Of a DNA stretch of 54,245 nucleotides, positions 8,655 through 18,600 are shown one piece after another (the stretch's first letter is position 1; each line of letters opens with the position of its first letter). A program made the translations under genes and the position numbers. Under the pieces are notes generated by a model, which saw only the letters and a list, made by a program, of their open reading frames with translations, ran no database searches and was not told where the DNA came from. Origin of the DNA: an uncultured Gammaproteobacteria bacterium (GTDB lineage: Bacteria; Patescibacteriota; Patescibacteriia; Magasanikbacterales; UBA922); the NCBI GenBank assembly GCA_964522405.1, contig CAZFTR010000007.1, forward strand, positions 1-54,245. Reading direction: 5' to 3'.

Positions 8655-8880
8655 CCGAGAAGAAAAGATTATCTAAAACAATAATTACCTTCCTGCTCGG
8701 GATACACGCGTATTTGCAGATCGGACTCATGGCATTTTCCATACAAGCACAGTTCAAGAAAGCGTACTTGTATGGCGTAGTTCGCCCGCAGGCGAACGAA
8801 GCCATATTACCGTTGCGGCACAGTCAGGGGATCTCACCCTAGTTCCGACTCTGAAAATTTCAGAGCTGTCCATTTGGACA
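8655..8880 (-). promoter_or_regulatory. Cobalamin (B12) riboswitch
   Basis: The minus-strand RNA contains GGGUGAGAUCCCCUGACUGUGCCGCAACGGUAA, which fits the conserved GGUGnnAAUCC...CCGCnACnGUAA core. It also contains a B12-box-like GCCAUGAGUCCGAUCUGC. A hairpin at 8648-8669 with a U-run abuts the ATG at 8641, giving a terminator or RBS-sequestering platform. Confidence 0.7.
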
Positions 8881-8904
8881 CAAATAGCGGTTAGTTGTAA
8901 TGGG

Positions 8905-8933
8905 ATTATATACAGATATTTTTTATATGTCAA
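8905..8933 (-). promoter_or_regulatory. Sigma70-type promoter of the riboswitch-led operon
   Basis: The minus strand reads TTGACA (8933-8928), a 17-nt spacer, then TATAAT (8910-8905). Both hexamers are exact consensus. Confidence 0.6.
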
Positions 8934-9055
8934 TTATGTACTTAGGATAAGAAGTTAATAAAAAGTGGATAACAAATTTATATAAAAGATAAGATACATA
9001 GAGTAATATACAAATAAAAAAATACACGGAATTTATTATAAACTTTACTTAAAGT

Positions 9056-9088
9056 TTGTATTTTATTCCATGTATTTTGTATATTGTC
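9056..9088 (+). promoter_or_regulatory. 33-nt conserved motif, copy 1 (TTGTATTTTATTCCATGTATTTTGTATATTGTC)
   Basis: 30 of 33 positions are identical to 35599-35631, which lies just upstream of dnaG. Function unknown; a promoter or leader element is possible. Confidence 0.4.
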
Positions 9089-9093
9089 GATGC

Positions 9094-9841
9094 TTAGAAA
9101 CTATAGTGGGTCGGGTGCTCGTTGTTGTTCCATTCGTGACCCACCGGGGCGTTGTTGCCCCTTGGGGTCATTCGGGCGGGTTCCGGAAGTGCTTCGGCAA
9201 GTACTCGTCCTCACAGCCGGTGACGCCGGTGACCCTCTCCGGGATCTCCCAGGTGGTCATGGTCTGGCCGTCGTGGTACTTGGACCAGGTCTGCTTGGCC
9301 CGGAAGCTGCGCACGCAGCCCTTGTTCCCGAACTTGGTGGAGATGGCGTAGATCTGAGCCCAGATGCGCTGCTCGCCGTCGAGGAACGTCTTGTAGACCG
9401 AGACCTCGATCTGGTCCCAGCGCAGGGCATGCTCCTCCGGGATCTCGAAGACCGCCTTGCGCACGAAGCTCTCGTCCTCGACGATCTTGCCCATGATGCG
9501 CTGCAGACCCGTGGAGTTGGGGCTGTCGCACTTGTCCGGGCAGATCCAGAGCTCGGCGGTCTGCAGGTTGTCCCGCAGGAAGCTGATGTCGCTGCCCACG
9601 TAGTGCAGGTCGAACTTGGGGTTGCGCCAGTAGTCGTACTCCGGCGTGGAGGGCTCCGTCGTCTCGACGGTGCTCAGAACGGGTTGCGTCTGCTCGGAGC
9701 TGACGCGGTTGGGGATGGAGGAAACGGGGGAATCGATCATGTCCTTCTTGGCACACGCGGAAACCGCGAGAGCCAGGAGGAGAGTGATGAGAATTCTCAA
9801 GACTGTCTTTCCTTCCAACGAGCACCCACTATAATTTCTAA
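9094..9841. mobile_element. GC-rich islet 1: 748-bp unit bounded by 23/28-nt terminal inverted repeats, carrying one lipoprotein gene and no transposase
   Basis: TTAGAAACTATAGTGGGTCGGGTGCTCG (9094-9121) was compared with the reverse complement of CGAGCACCCACTATAATTTCTAA (9819-9841). 22 of 23 aligned positions match, with one 5-nt indel. The interior is about 63% G+C (38/60 counted at 9241-9300) against 16/60 at 9901-9960. Confidence 0.55.
9168..9800 (-). CDS. Hypothetical lipoprotein encoded in GC-rich islet 1
   Basis: The frame has almost all G/C third positions. A TTG start at 9800 gives MRILITLLLALAVSAC (lipobox VSAC), with SD GGAAGGAAAG 6 nt upstream. A GC-rich hairpin (9138-9169) sits at the stop. 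The track ORF extends to 9860 through AT-rich DNA. No family recognised. Confidence 0.7.
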   Translation of the reverse strand: MRILITLLLALAVSACAKKDMIDSPVSSIPNRVSSEQTQPVLSTVETTEPSTPEYDYWRNPKFDLHYVGSDISFLRDNLQTAELWICPDKCDSPNSTGLQRIMGKIVEDESFVRKAVFEIPEEHALRWDQIEVSVYKTFLDGEQRIWAQIYAISTKFGNKGCVRSFRAKQTWSKYHDGQTMTTWEIPERVTGVTGCEDEYLPKHFRNPPE

Positions 9842-9863
9842 TTAAGTTGTAAAAGAACAAAGA

Positions 9864-9892
9864 AATATAGCATAAAAAAAGACTTTTGTCAA
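9864..9892 (-). promoter_or_regulatory. Promoter-like TTGACA-17-TATATT pointing into islet 1
   Basis: Minus strand: TTGACA (9892-9887), 17-nt spacer, TATATT (9869-9864). The surrounding TCTTGACAAAAGTCTTTTTTTA recurs upstream of islet 4. Confidence 0.45.
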
Positions 9893-9938
9893 GATAACAA
9901 CTTGCTTTTTTGGCTTAAATAAGCTAATATATGTCCAT

Positions 9939-10907
9939 ATGTGGATAAATAAGTTTTTAGAAAACAAGCAAAAAATCCTGGCACTTTCACCAATGGCAGA
10001 TATGACTGATTCTGCCTTTTGTCGCGTAGTCAGAAATATTGGTGGTGCTGATATTGTATTTAGAGAAATGGTTAGCAGTGAGGCTCTTATTCGAGATAGT
10101 GAAAAAACTCTCAAAATGACAGATTTTCACGAAGAAGAGCGACCAATTGTTCAGCAAATTTTTGGTGCAGATCCTCAGAAAATGGCTCAGGCTGCTAGAA
10201 TTATTCTCGACAGAAATTCTCCTGAGGGAATTGACATAAATATGGGTTGCCCAGTCCAGAAATTAACCAGTCAATTCAACGGCTCAGCTTTGATGAAAGA
10301 TCCAGAACTAGCGGGTAAAATAGTAAGGGCTGTAAAAAAGGAGATAGGAGATGTGCCTTTGTCAGTGAAAATTAGACTTGGTTGGTCAGATCCGGATGAT
10401 TTTAAAACTTTTATTCCAGTCCTGGAAAAAGCTGGAGCAGATCTAATTACAATTCACGGCAGAACTCGAGTCCAGGGATATTCTGGCACAAGTGATTGGG
10501 AGAGAATCAGACAGGCAAAAGAACTTGCAACTGTTCCAGTTCTTGCCAATGGAGATATCCACGAGCCACATCAAGTGGCAGAAGCGCTGGAGCAAACCGG
10601 ATGCGATGGAGTTATGATTGCTCGGGGAGCTCTGGGGAATCCCTGGTTTTTCAAGCAAGCTCTTGACCCGGAATTTAGAGTTAGTCTAGAAGAGAGAATA
10701 AAAATAATACTTGATCACGCAAAGCTACATATTGAAGAATACGGAGAAAAAGCTCTAGTTACATTCCGAAAACATCTGGCTTGGTATTTTAAAATAAATA
10801 AACTTGGTTTTGAGCTTGAGGGAATTAAGCAGTTTAGAGCTAGATTGGTGCGGGTTTCGACAATTGATGAGTTGGCTGATATACTAAATGAGCTTTTAGA
10901 TAGGTAA
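9939..10907 (+). CDS. dus: tRNA-dihydrouridine synthase
   Basis: 322-aa ORF. LSPMADMTDSAFCRV, INMGCPVQK and the HGRT/ANGDI motifs are typical of the Dus family. Confidence 0.9.
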   Translation: MWINKFLENKQKILALSPMADMTDSAFCRVVRNIGGADIVFREMVSSEALIRDSEKTLKMTDFHEEERPIVQQIFGADPQKMAQAARIILDRNSPEGIDINMGCPVQKLTSQFNGSALMKDPELAGKIVRAVKKEIGDVPLSVKIRLGWSDPDDFKTFIPVLEKAGADLITIHGRTRVQGYSGTSDWERIRQAKELATVPVLANGDIHEPHQVAEALEQTGCDGVMIARGALGNPWFFKQALDPEFRVSLEERIKIILDHAKLHIEEYGEKALVTFRKHLAWYFKINKLGFELEGIKQFRARLVRVSTIDELADILNELLDR

Positions 10908-10945
10908 TATATGAAACCAAAAGAAGAGAGAAAAATTTCATAAAC

Positions 10946-10976
10946 AAAAAACTCATAGAAATCCTATGAGTTTTTT
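10946..10976. terminator. Bidirectional rho-independent terminator between convergent dus and the GT2 gene
   Basis: AAAAA-ACTCATAG-aaatc-CTATGAGT-TTTTT: an 8-bp stem flanked by A and T runs. Confidence 0.6.
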
Positions 10977-10986
10977 AATAGAGATC

Positions 10987-11685
10987 TTATTTTTTCCCAA
11001 ATTTCAACTTAAACATAACCACAAAAAACTCAATTATGTCTTTTCTGCTTAGTTTTGATTTTCCTTCTTGGCGATCTACAAAAACTACTGGAACTTCTGC
11101 AACTCTAAATCCCATTTTTTCAGTTCTATAGAGCATTTCTTCTTGAAAAGCATAGCCATTGCTTTTAATCTTATCCAGTTCTATTGATTGCAGTACTTTT
11201 CTACTAAAACATCTAAATCCTGCAGTGACATCTCTGGTTTTTAATCCGAGAAACATTTTTGAAAACCACATGGCTCCGTTGCTCATAAATTTTCTGGTCC
11301 AACCCCAGCCGACTACCTGTCCACCGGGAATTTTTCTAGATCCGATTACCAGATCTGCGTTTTCTGCAGCTCGTAACATCTCCTTTAGATCTGCTGGATC
11401 ATGAGAAAGATCGGCATCCATTTCATATATATAATCAGCTCCGAGTGATAATGCTTTTTTGAATCCGGCTATGTAGGCTGAGCCTATTCCTTGTTTTGAT
11501 TCTCTTTCAAGTATATGAATAGGAAAATTCTGAGAAAGTTTTTTTGCTATTTCTGCTGTACCGTCTGGTGAATTATCATCTACTACTATTATTTCAAGAT
11601 TTGGTATTTCCTGCTGAAAAACCCGCTTGATTAGAATTTCAATGTTTTTTGCTTCGTTGTAGGTGGGGATAATTATTGTGGGCAT
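10987..11685 (-). CDS. Polyprenol-phosphate mannosyl/glycosyl transferase (GT2, Dpm1-like)
   Basis: 232-aa ORF. IIIPTYNEAKNI, VVDDNSPDGTAEIA and MDADLSHDP motifs. The C-terminal segment FVDRQEGKSKL is typical of polyprenol monophosphomannose synthases. Confidence 0.85.
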   Translation of the reverse strand: MPTIIIPTYNEAKNIEILIKRVFQQEIPNLEIIVVDDNSPDGTAEIAKKLSQNFPIHILERESKQGIGSAYIAGFKKALSLGADYIYEMDADLSHDPADLKEMLRAAENADLVIGSRKIPGGQVVGWGWTRKFMSNGAMWFSKMFLGLKTRDVTAGFRCFSRKVLQSIELDKIKSNGYAFQEEMLYRTEKMGFRVAEVPVVFVDRQEGKSKLSRKDIIEFFVVMFKLKFGKK

Positions 11686-11711
11686 GAAAAGTAGAAAGTA
11701 AAAATAGAAAG

Positions 11712-11859
11712 TGTCATCTCGAGTGAAGTCTGCTGAAAAGCAGGTAATCGAGAGATCTCTGTCTATATAGCTAAGGTAAAATTTTTATTCATTCGAATAT
11801 TATATTGAAAAGGATCTCTCAACTTCATTTTTCTTTCAGAAAATTCCGCTCGAGATGAC
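11712..11859. repeat. MITE/REP-like palindromic element, copy B
   Basis: Termini are TGTCATCTCGAG ... CTCGAGATGAC. The left half TGTCATCTCGAGTGAAGTCTGCTGAAAAGCAGGTAATCGAGAGATCTCTGTCTAT matches the reverse complement of copy A (4925-5058). Confidence 0.7.
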
Positions 11860-11865
11860 TGTTAG

Positions 11866-13203
11866 TTATACCACTCCAATGTAAGTCTCAGGCCGCAGCC
11901 CAAGCAGTTTTTGTTTTTCTGCTGGAGTTATATCTAACTCTTCAATTATTTCTCGAACAGATATCTTATCTAGTATTTTACCATGAGTTAGGTTTTTTAT
12001 CTTGTTATAAGCCTGTATATCTCCATTTTTGCGCATAATTGTTTGAATTGCCTCTGCCAAAACCTCCCAGTGTTCGCTAAGTTCTTGTTTGAGTTTCTGT
12101 TGGTTTATTTCAAGTTTTTCTATTCCTTTTAAAATATTTTTTATACTAATTAAACAGTGGGCTAGGGCAACGCCCTGGTTTCTTATTACTGTACTTCCTG
12201 ATAGGTCACGCTGCAGACGCGAGATTGGCAATTTTTTTGCTAAGAAAATTAAATTTGCATTAGCAATTCCGGCATTTCCCTCTGCATTTTCAAAATTTAT
12301 AGGGTTCACTTTGTGGGGCATGGTGCTTGATCCAACTTCATTTTCCTTTTTCCTTTGAGTAAAAATTCCTCGAGCTATATACATCCACATATCCTGACAT
12401 AGATCTATTAGAATTGTATTGGTTCTGGAGATTTTATGGTATGACTCAGCCAATGAATCATATGAATTTACTTGAGTGGTGAATAAAATATTTTCCAATC
12501 CAAACGACTGTATGAATTTTCGAGAAAAACTAACCCAGTCGATTTCAGGATAAGCTATGGCGTGAGCTGCCCAGGTTCCGGTTGCGCCATTTAATTTTGC
12601 TTGAAATTTCTGTTCTCTGAGTTGGTTGGTTTGCCTGACAATTCGTGAATAAAAAACCATAAATTCTTTACCAATTGTTGTGGGAGTAGCGCTTTGACCG
12701 TGGGTTTTGGAAAGTAGAGGAGTTTTGGTATATTTTTTTGCTAATTTTAATAGTTCTGTTTCTAGTTTATCAATTTCAGGAAAATAAATATCATGCAGCG
12801 CATTTTTCCACATCAGTGTATAGGCTATATTATTAACATCCTCAGAAGTAAGGGCAAAATGTAGAAAACTGATGAAGGGTTTAAGTGGAGTTTTTTCTAA
12901 TTTCCTTGCTAGAAAAATTTCAACAGCCTTTAGATCATGATTTGTAGTTTTTTCTATTTCTTTTACTTCAAGTGCGTCTTGGTCTGTGAAATTTTTATGA
13001 AAAAATCTCAGTCCCTCCCGGTTAATAGGGGAGAGGGTTGGTAATTCTTCTAGTTCCGACTCACAAAGTGCAATAAAATATTCTATTTCAACAAAAATCC
13101 GGTATTTAATCAGAGCTTTTTCTGAAAAATAATCACTCAACTCCTCTGTGTATGAATTATAGCGACCATCTATTGGTGAAATTTTATTTAACTCTTCAAT
13201 CAT
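11866..13203 (-). CDS. purB: Adenylosuccinate lyase
   Basis: 445-aa ORF. The PIDGRY start region, the SSTMPHKVNP signature and the fumarate-lyase-family layout all fit. Confidence 0.92.
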   Translation of the reverse strand: MIEELNKISPIDGRYNSYTEELSDYFSEKALIKYRIFVEIEYFIALCESELEELPTLSPINREGLRFFHKNFTDQDALEVKEIEKTTNHDLKAVEIFLARKLEKTPLKPFISFLHFALTSEDVNNIAYTLMWKNALHDIYFPEIDKLETELLKLAKKYTKTPLLSKTHGQSATPTTIGKEFMVFYSRIVRQTNQLREQKFQAKLNGATGTWAAHAIAYPEIDWVSFSRKFIQSFGLENILFTTQVNSYDSLAESYHKISRTNTILIDLCQDMWMYIARGIFTQRKKENEVGSSTMPHKVNPINFENAEGNAGIANANLIFLAKKLPISRLQRDLSGSTVIRNQGVALAHCLISIKNILKGIEKLEINQQKLKQELSEHWEVLAEAIQTIMRKNGDIQAYNKIKNLTHGKILDKISVREIIEELDITPAEKQKLLGLRPETYIGVV

Positions 13204-14505
<1,302 letters not shown>

Positions 14506-15351
14506 TTACTCAGAATTAAGTCCTGCTATTATTGCAGTATTTAAAAGTAATCTTGCCACTGTAATCGGCCCAACTCCGCCGGGAGTGGGGGTTATATAGC
14601 TTGCTTTTTTACTAACATTTTCAAAATCAACATCCCCAAACATTTGTTTGTTCTCAAAATCTACGCCTGAGTCAATAACAATAGCTCCCTCACTGACCAT
14701 ATCTTCAGTAATTATATGCTTTTTTCCAACCCCACTAACAAGAATGTCTGCGTCCAGTGTATATTTTTCAATATTTTCTGTATGTTCATTTACAGTGGTC
14801 ACGGTTGCTTCCTGGTTCATCATAATTATGGAAAGAGGTTTTCCTACTAGAACTCCAGCGCCAACTATGACAACTTTTTTTCCTTTTAAATCAATATCCA
14901 GATCTTCCAAAATAGATAAAACAGCCCCCGGGGTCGGAGGTACAATTTTATTGGTTTTCATAACCAGTTTTCCAAGATTGTAGTATGTTAAACAATCTAC
15001 ATCAAATTTTGGATCTACAACATTTAAAATACTCGGATAAAAATTTTCTGGTACTGGGAGCTGGATAATAAGACCGGATAAGTCTTGATCTTTTTGGATT
15101 TTTTTAATTTCAAGCTCTAAGTCATCCTGCAAAATTTCTTTGGGGTATTTATGAAGCTCAAAATCCATACCGATTTTTTCAGCTGTTTTGCCTTTTTTTC
15201 TGACATAAGTTTGAGAAGCCTGGTCTTCGCCTACCAAAACTACAGCAAGTTTGGGCTTAATTCCTTGTTTTGTGAGTCTTTCAACTTTTAGTTTAGCTTT
15301 TTCAAGTATTTTTTCTGCTGTTTTGCGTCCATCTATGATTTGAGCTGGCAT
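14506..15351 (-). CDS. folD: Bifunctional methylenetetrahydrofolate dehydrogenase/cyclohydrolase
   Basis: 281-aa ORF. LAVVLVGEDQASQTYVRKK, VVIVGAGVLVGKP and TPTPGGVGP motifs. Confidence 0.92.
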   Translation of the reverse strand: MPAQIIDGRKTAEKILEKAKLKVERLTKQGIKPKLAVVLVGEDQASQTYVRKKGKTAEKIGMDFELHKYPKEILQDDLELEIKKIQKDQDLSGLIIQLPVPENFYPSILNVVDPKFDVDCLTYYNLGKLVMKTNKIVPPTPGAVLSILEDLDIDLKGKKVVIVGAGVLVGKPLSIIMMNQEATVTTVNEHTENIEKYTLDADILVSGVGKKHIITEDMVSEGAIVIDSGVDFENKQMFGDVDFENVSKKASYITPTPGGVGPITVARLLLNTAIIAGLNSE

Positions 15352-15629
15352 AATTTTGGCTAGTTTTAGCTAATTAGTGTAGATGTATAATAGCAGGGGA
15401 TGGGTTTTAGTTCAAGTCTGATCCCGATAGTTTTAAATAATATATAATTAATTTTATCATTTCATTTGAGCAAGGGCAATATTAGCTTAAGTTTGTTTAT
15501 AAGAGCTTTTATATATTAATATTTACAATTTCAGCATATTGTCGTATAATTGAGCTGTTAAAAAGTTTTTTTATGATATATTGGCTTTTGAATTTAAATA
15601 TATCATCCTAAAATTGAATTAGCTAAAAA

Positions 15630-18600
15630 ATGAAATTTAATATGCGAGGTAAAAGGAACTGGAACATACTCTTTTATATCTTTTGTTGTCTCTTGGTTCT
15701 TTTTTTTGGTTTAGAAAAAGTCATATCAATAACAACTACAACTTGGGATTTTGGGACAGCAAGTGATTATATATACAATGATTCGTTTCTTAGTATAACT
15801 AACAGTTCATCTACGCTAGATTTGGTAGATCAGGTGGATGATGATAATACAACTACCGGTTTTGCCGGGGGTTCTCATAGTGATACTCAATTTGACACTG
15901 ATCATATTGAGCTAGATTCCACAGGTTTGACCAATGGAACAGGTACATTTACGTCCAGAATTATTGATTCAGGAACAACCACTTCATGGACCACCCTGCA
16001 ACCAATAAATGCAGCTCCTTATCAAAAAGAATTACCAGATTCGCAAGCTGTTGAAACTGACTATGCTGAGCAAAATGCAGACATGACAAATAATCTCTTG
16101 TTGTTGCACTTGGATGAATCATCTGGAAATGTTATTGACACTTCAGGAAATGGTTATACCGGTACAACTAGTGGCACAGCATATAGCCGGGATGGAGTGT
16201 ACAATACTGCTATTGAATTTGATGGTATTGATGATAATATTATTGTTGCAGATTTTGACGACACCTCTGGAGCAGAAACTTTAACGATTGAGGGTTGGTT
16301 CAAATTTACTTCGGTTAATGCTAGTGATGTGCTTGTTTCTCAGTGGAATAATGGTACAGATGCGCGTTTTTCTTGGCAGACCCACACAGTTTCAGATGAG
16401 TTAGCCTTTTATGTCTCTCAAAATGCAGCTGGTTCGACTAATGAGTGGTGGCGCACAACAGATGCAAATCTTGTGGCTGATACCTGGTATCATCTAGCTC
16501 TTGTTTGGGATGGTACTGCCGGCACTGAGGTTGATAAAGTAAAAATGTACAGAAATGGAACAGCGCTTACAATAACTCAAGCGGGTACTGCCGGAGCTAC
16601 TGCATTTCGATCCTCATCTGGTCTTGATTTGAAAATTGGAGATATGGAGAATTATGACCCAAGAGAGCTACCTGCTGTTATAGATGAAATTGCTATCCAC
16701 AGTCATGCAGCGACTGTTACTGAGATGCTTAACCACTACAAGAGGGGAGCTTTTAGGGCAAAATATCAGGTTCGAACTTGTGATGATGATGCTTGTTCCG
16801 GGGAGTCGTTTGTAGGTCCTTCCGGAGACACAAATGCTTATTATACTGAACTTTTGAGTACAACTACCTCAACTCCAAGTTACACCTTATCTGGCTTGAG
16901 TAATAATAGATATTTTCAATACAGTGTTTTGCTTCAATCATCCAGTACGCTTTATGGTCCGGATGTTAATTCTGTATCAATAGGCCCGGCTCATTATTAT
17001 GGTGGTTCACCAACAACAACCATCACCACTAGCACTGCTTTAAATGTTGGTTCATCAGTAACTAGTTTTTCTACAACTGAGAGTGGTGAAGGTAAAATAT
17101 ATTATCAGGTTTCAAACAACGCAGCTAGTACAACTCCAACTTGGTATTATTGGGATGGTGGAGCATGGGCTCAAGCAACTACAAATTTACACTACAATAC
17201 ATCGTCTACTATAAATACAAATATTTCTACTTTTAGTGCTACAGGAACATTTGGCTGGCGCGCTTTTTCTATGTCTCAAAATGCTACTGAGCAGGCTAAA
17301 TTATCTCAAATTCAGTCAGTTCATCAGGAGCCGGTTTTAGCTTCAAGCGCTGATCCTGATATATTTACTACTTCAAATTTGATAATTGATAGCGGCTATT
17401 ATAGTGCTACTGGAACATTCAAAAGTATTGTTGATTGGAAAGTAGATGGTAGTTCTGTTGCAGTATTGAATATGCCAATGGAACAAAATTATGATGATGC
17501 CTCTTCGGTCGTGGACTATTCAGACAGTGGAAATAATGGAACTGTCTACAATGCAGTTGCCTCATCAACTGCAGGTTTTGATGGTGAAGGAGCCTATGAT
17601 TTTGATGGTTCAGGGGATTATATTTCGGTGGCTCATGATGCATCCTTAGCTTTGACAAATAATTTTACTGTTACAGCCTGGGTAAGAAAAGATACAACAG
17701 CTGCTTATGATGGTTTTGTTGGAAAAATGGCCTGGAATGACGGTTCTCCTAATGGATGGTCTATAAATTATGACTCAGTAAAATCCAGATATTCGGTAAC
17801 AGTTGGATGTGATGGTACTATTTCCACAATTGCTTCAGACATAGGCACTACTAATTCAGTTGATTACGGTTGGCATCATGTTGGAATGCAAGTTTCAAGT
17901 AGTACGGTTAGTTTTTTTATCGATGGTACACTGCAAGAGCAGACAACCACACAAACAATTTGTGAGTCTGGTGATGCGCTTACAATAGGTAGATACTATG
18001 CTGACTCAAGTGGTCATTATATAGATGGTGTTGTTGATGAGGTGGTTGTCTGGAATAAGGTTCTCACTGCTTCCCAAATAAGTACGCTGTATGATGGATC
18101 ACATGACAGAATTGTTGCCGGTCAGGCAGCTGTAGGAGAGGCTTGGAGTGCTGAAATTGTGCAGAATAATGGAGTTTATGATGCTAGTAGTGAAACTTCA
18201 AATGCTCTAACAATTGTTGCTCGATCAGATACTACCCCAGTTATTAGTAGTCACAATCAGGCTAGGAATAATAATTGGATTGCTTCGACAGGTTCAATTA
18301 CTTTGAATATTTGGGATTGTGTTGATGAGGATGGAGATAGCCTAACCTATTCATGGACAGTTGATGGAGTCGCAGCTGCCTCGACCCAGTCTTTTACATT
18401 TTCAGGTGCTGATTATAGTGCCAGTCAACATACGGTTATTGGGTATTGTACAGATGATGATTCAAATAGTGACAGTGTAACATTGACAATTGAAATCATT
18501 GACAGCGATGAATTTGTATTTATGGTACCAAATAATGCTTCTACTCATTCTGCAAATTATGGTTATATTGGTGAGGAGCAAACTCAATGGATTGTGGATC

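Noticed and set aside
9084-9845. A 253-aa plus-strand ORF, a 204-aa minus-strand ORF (9211..9825) and a 93-aa ORF (9070..9351), all inside islet 1.
   Set aside because: These are shadow ORFs typical of high-GC DNA. Only the 9168..9800 frame has near-uniform G/C third positions, an SD and a lipoprotein signal peptide.
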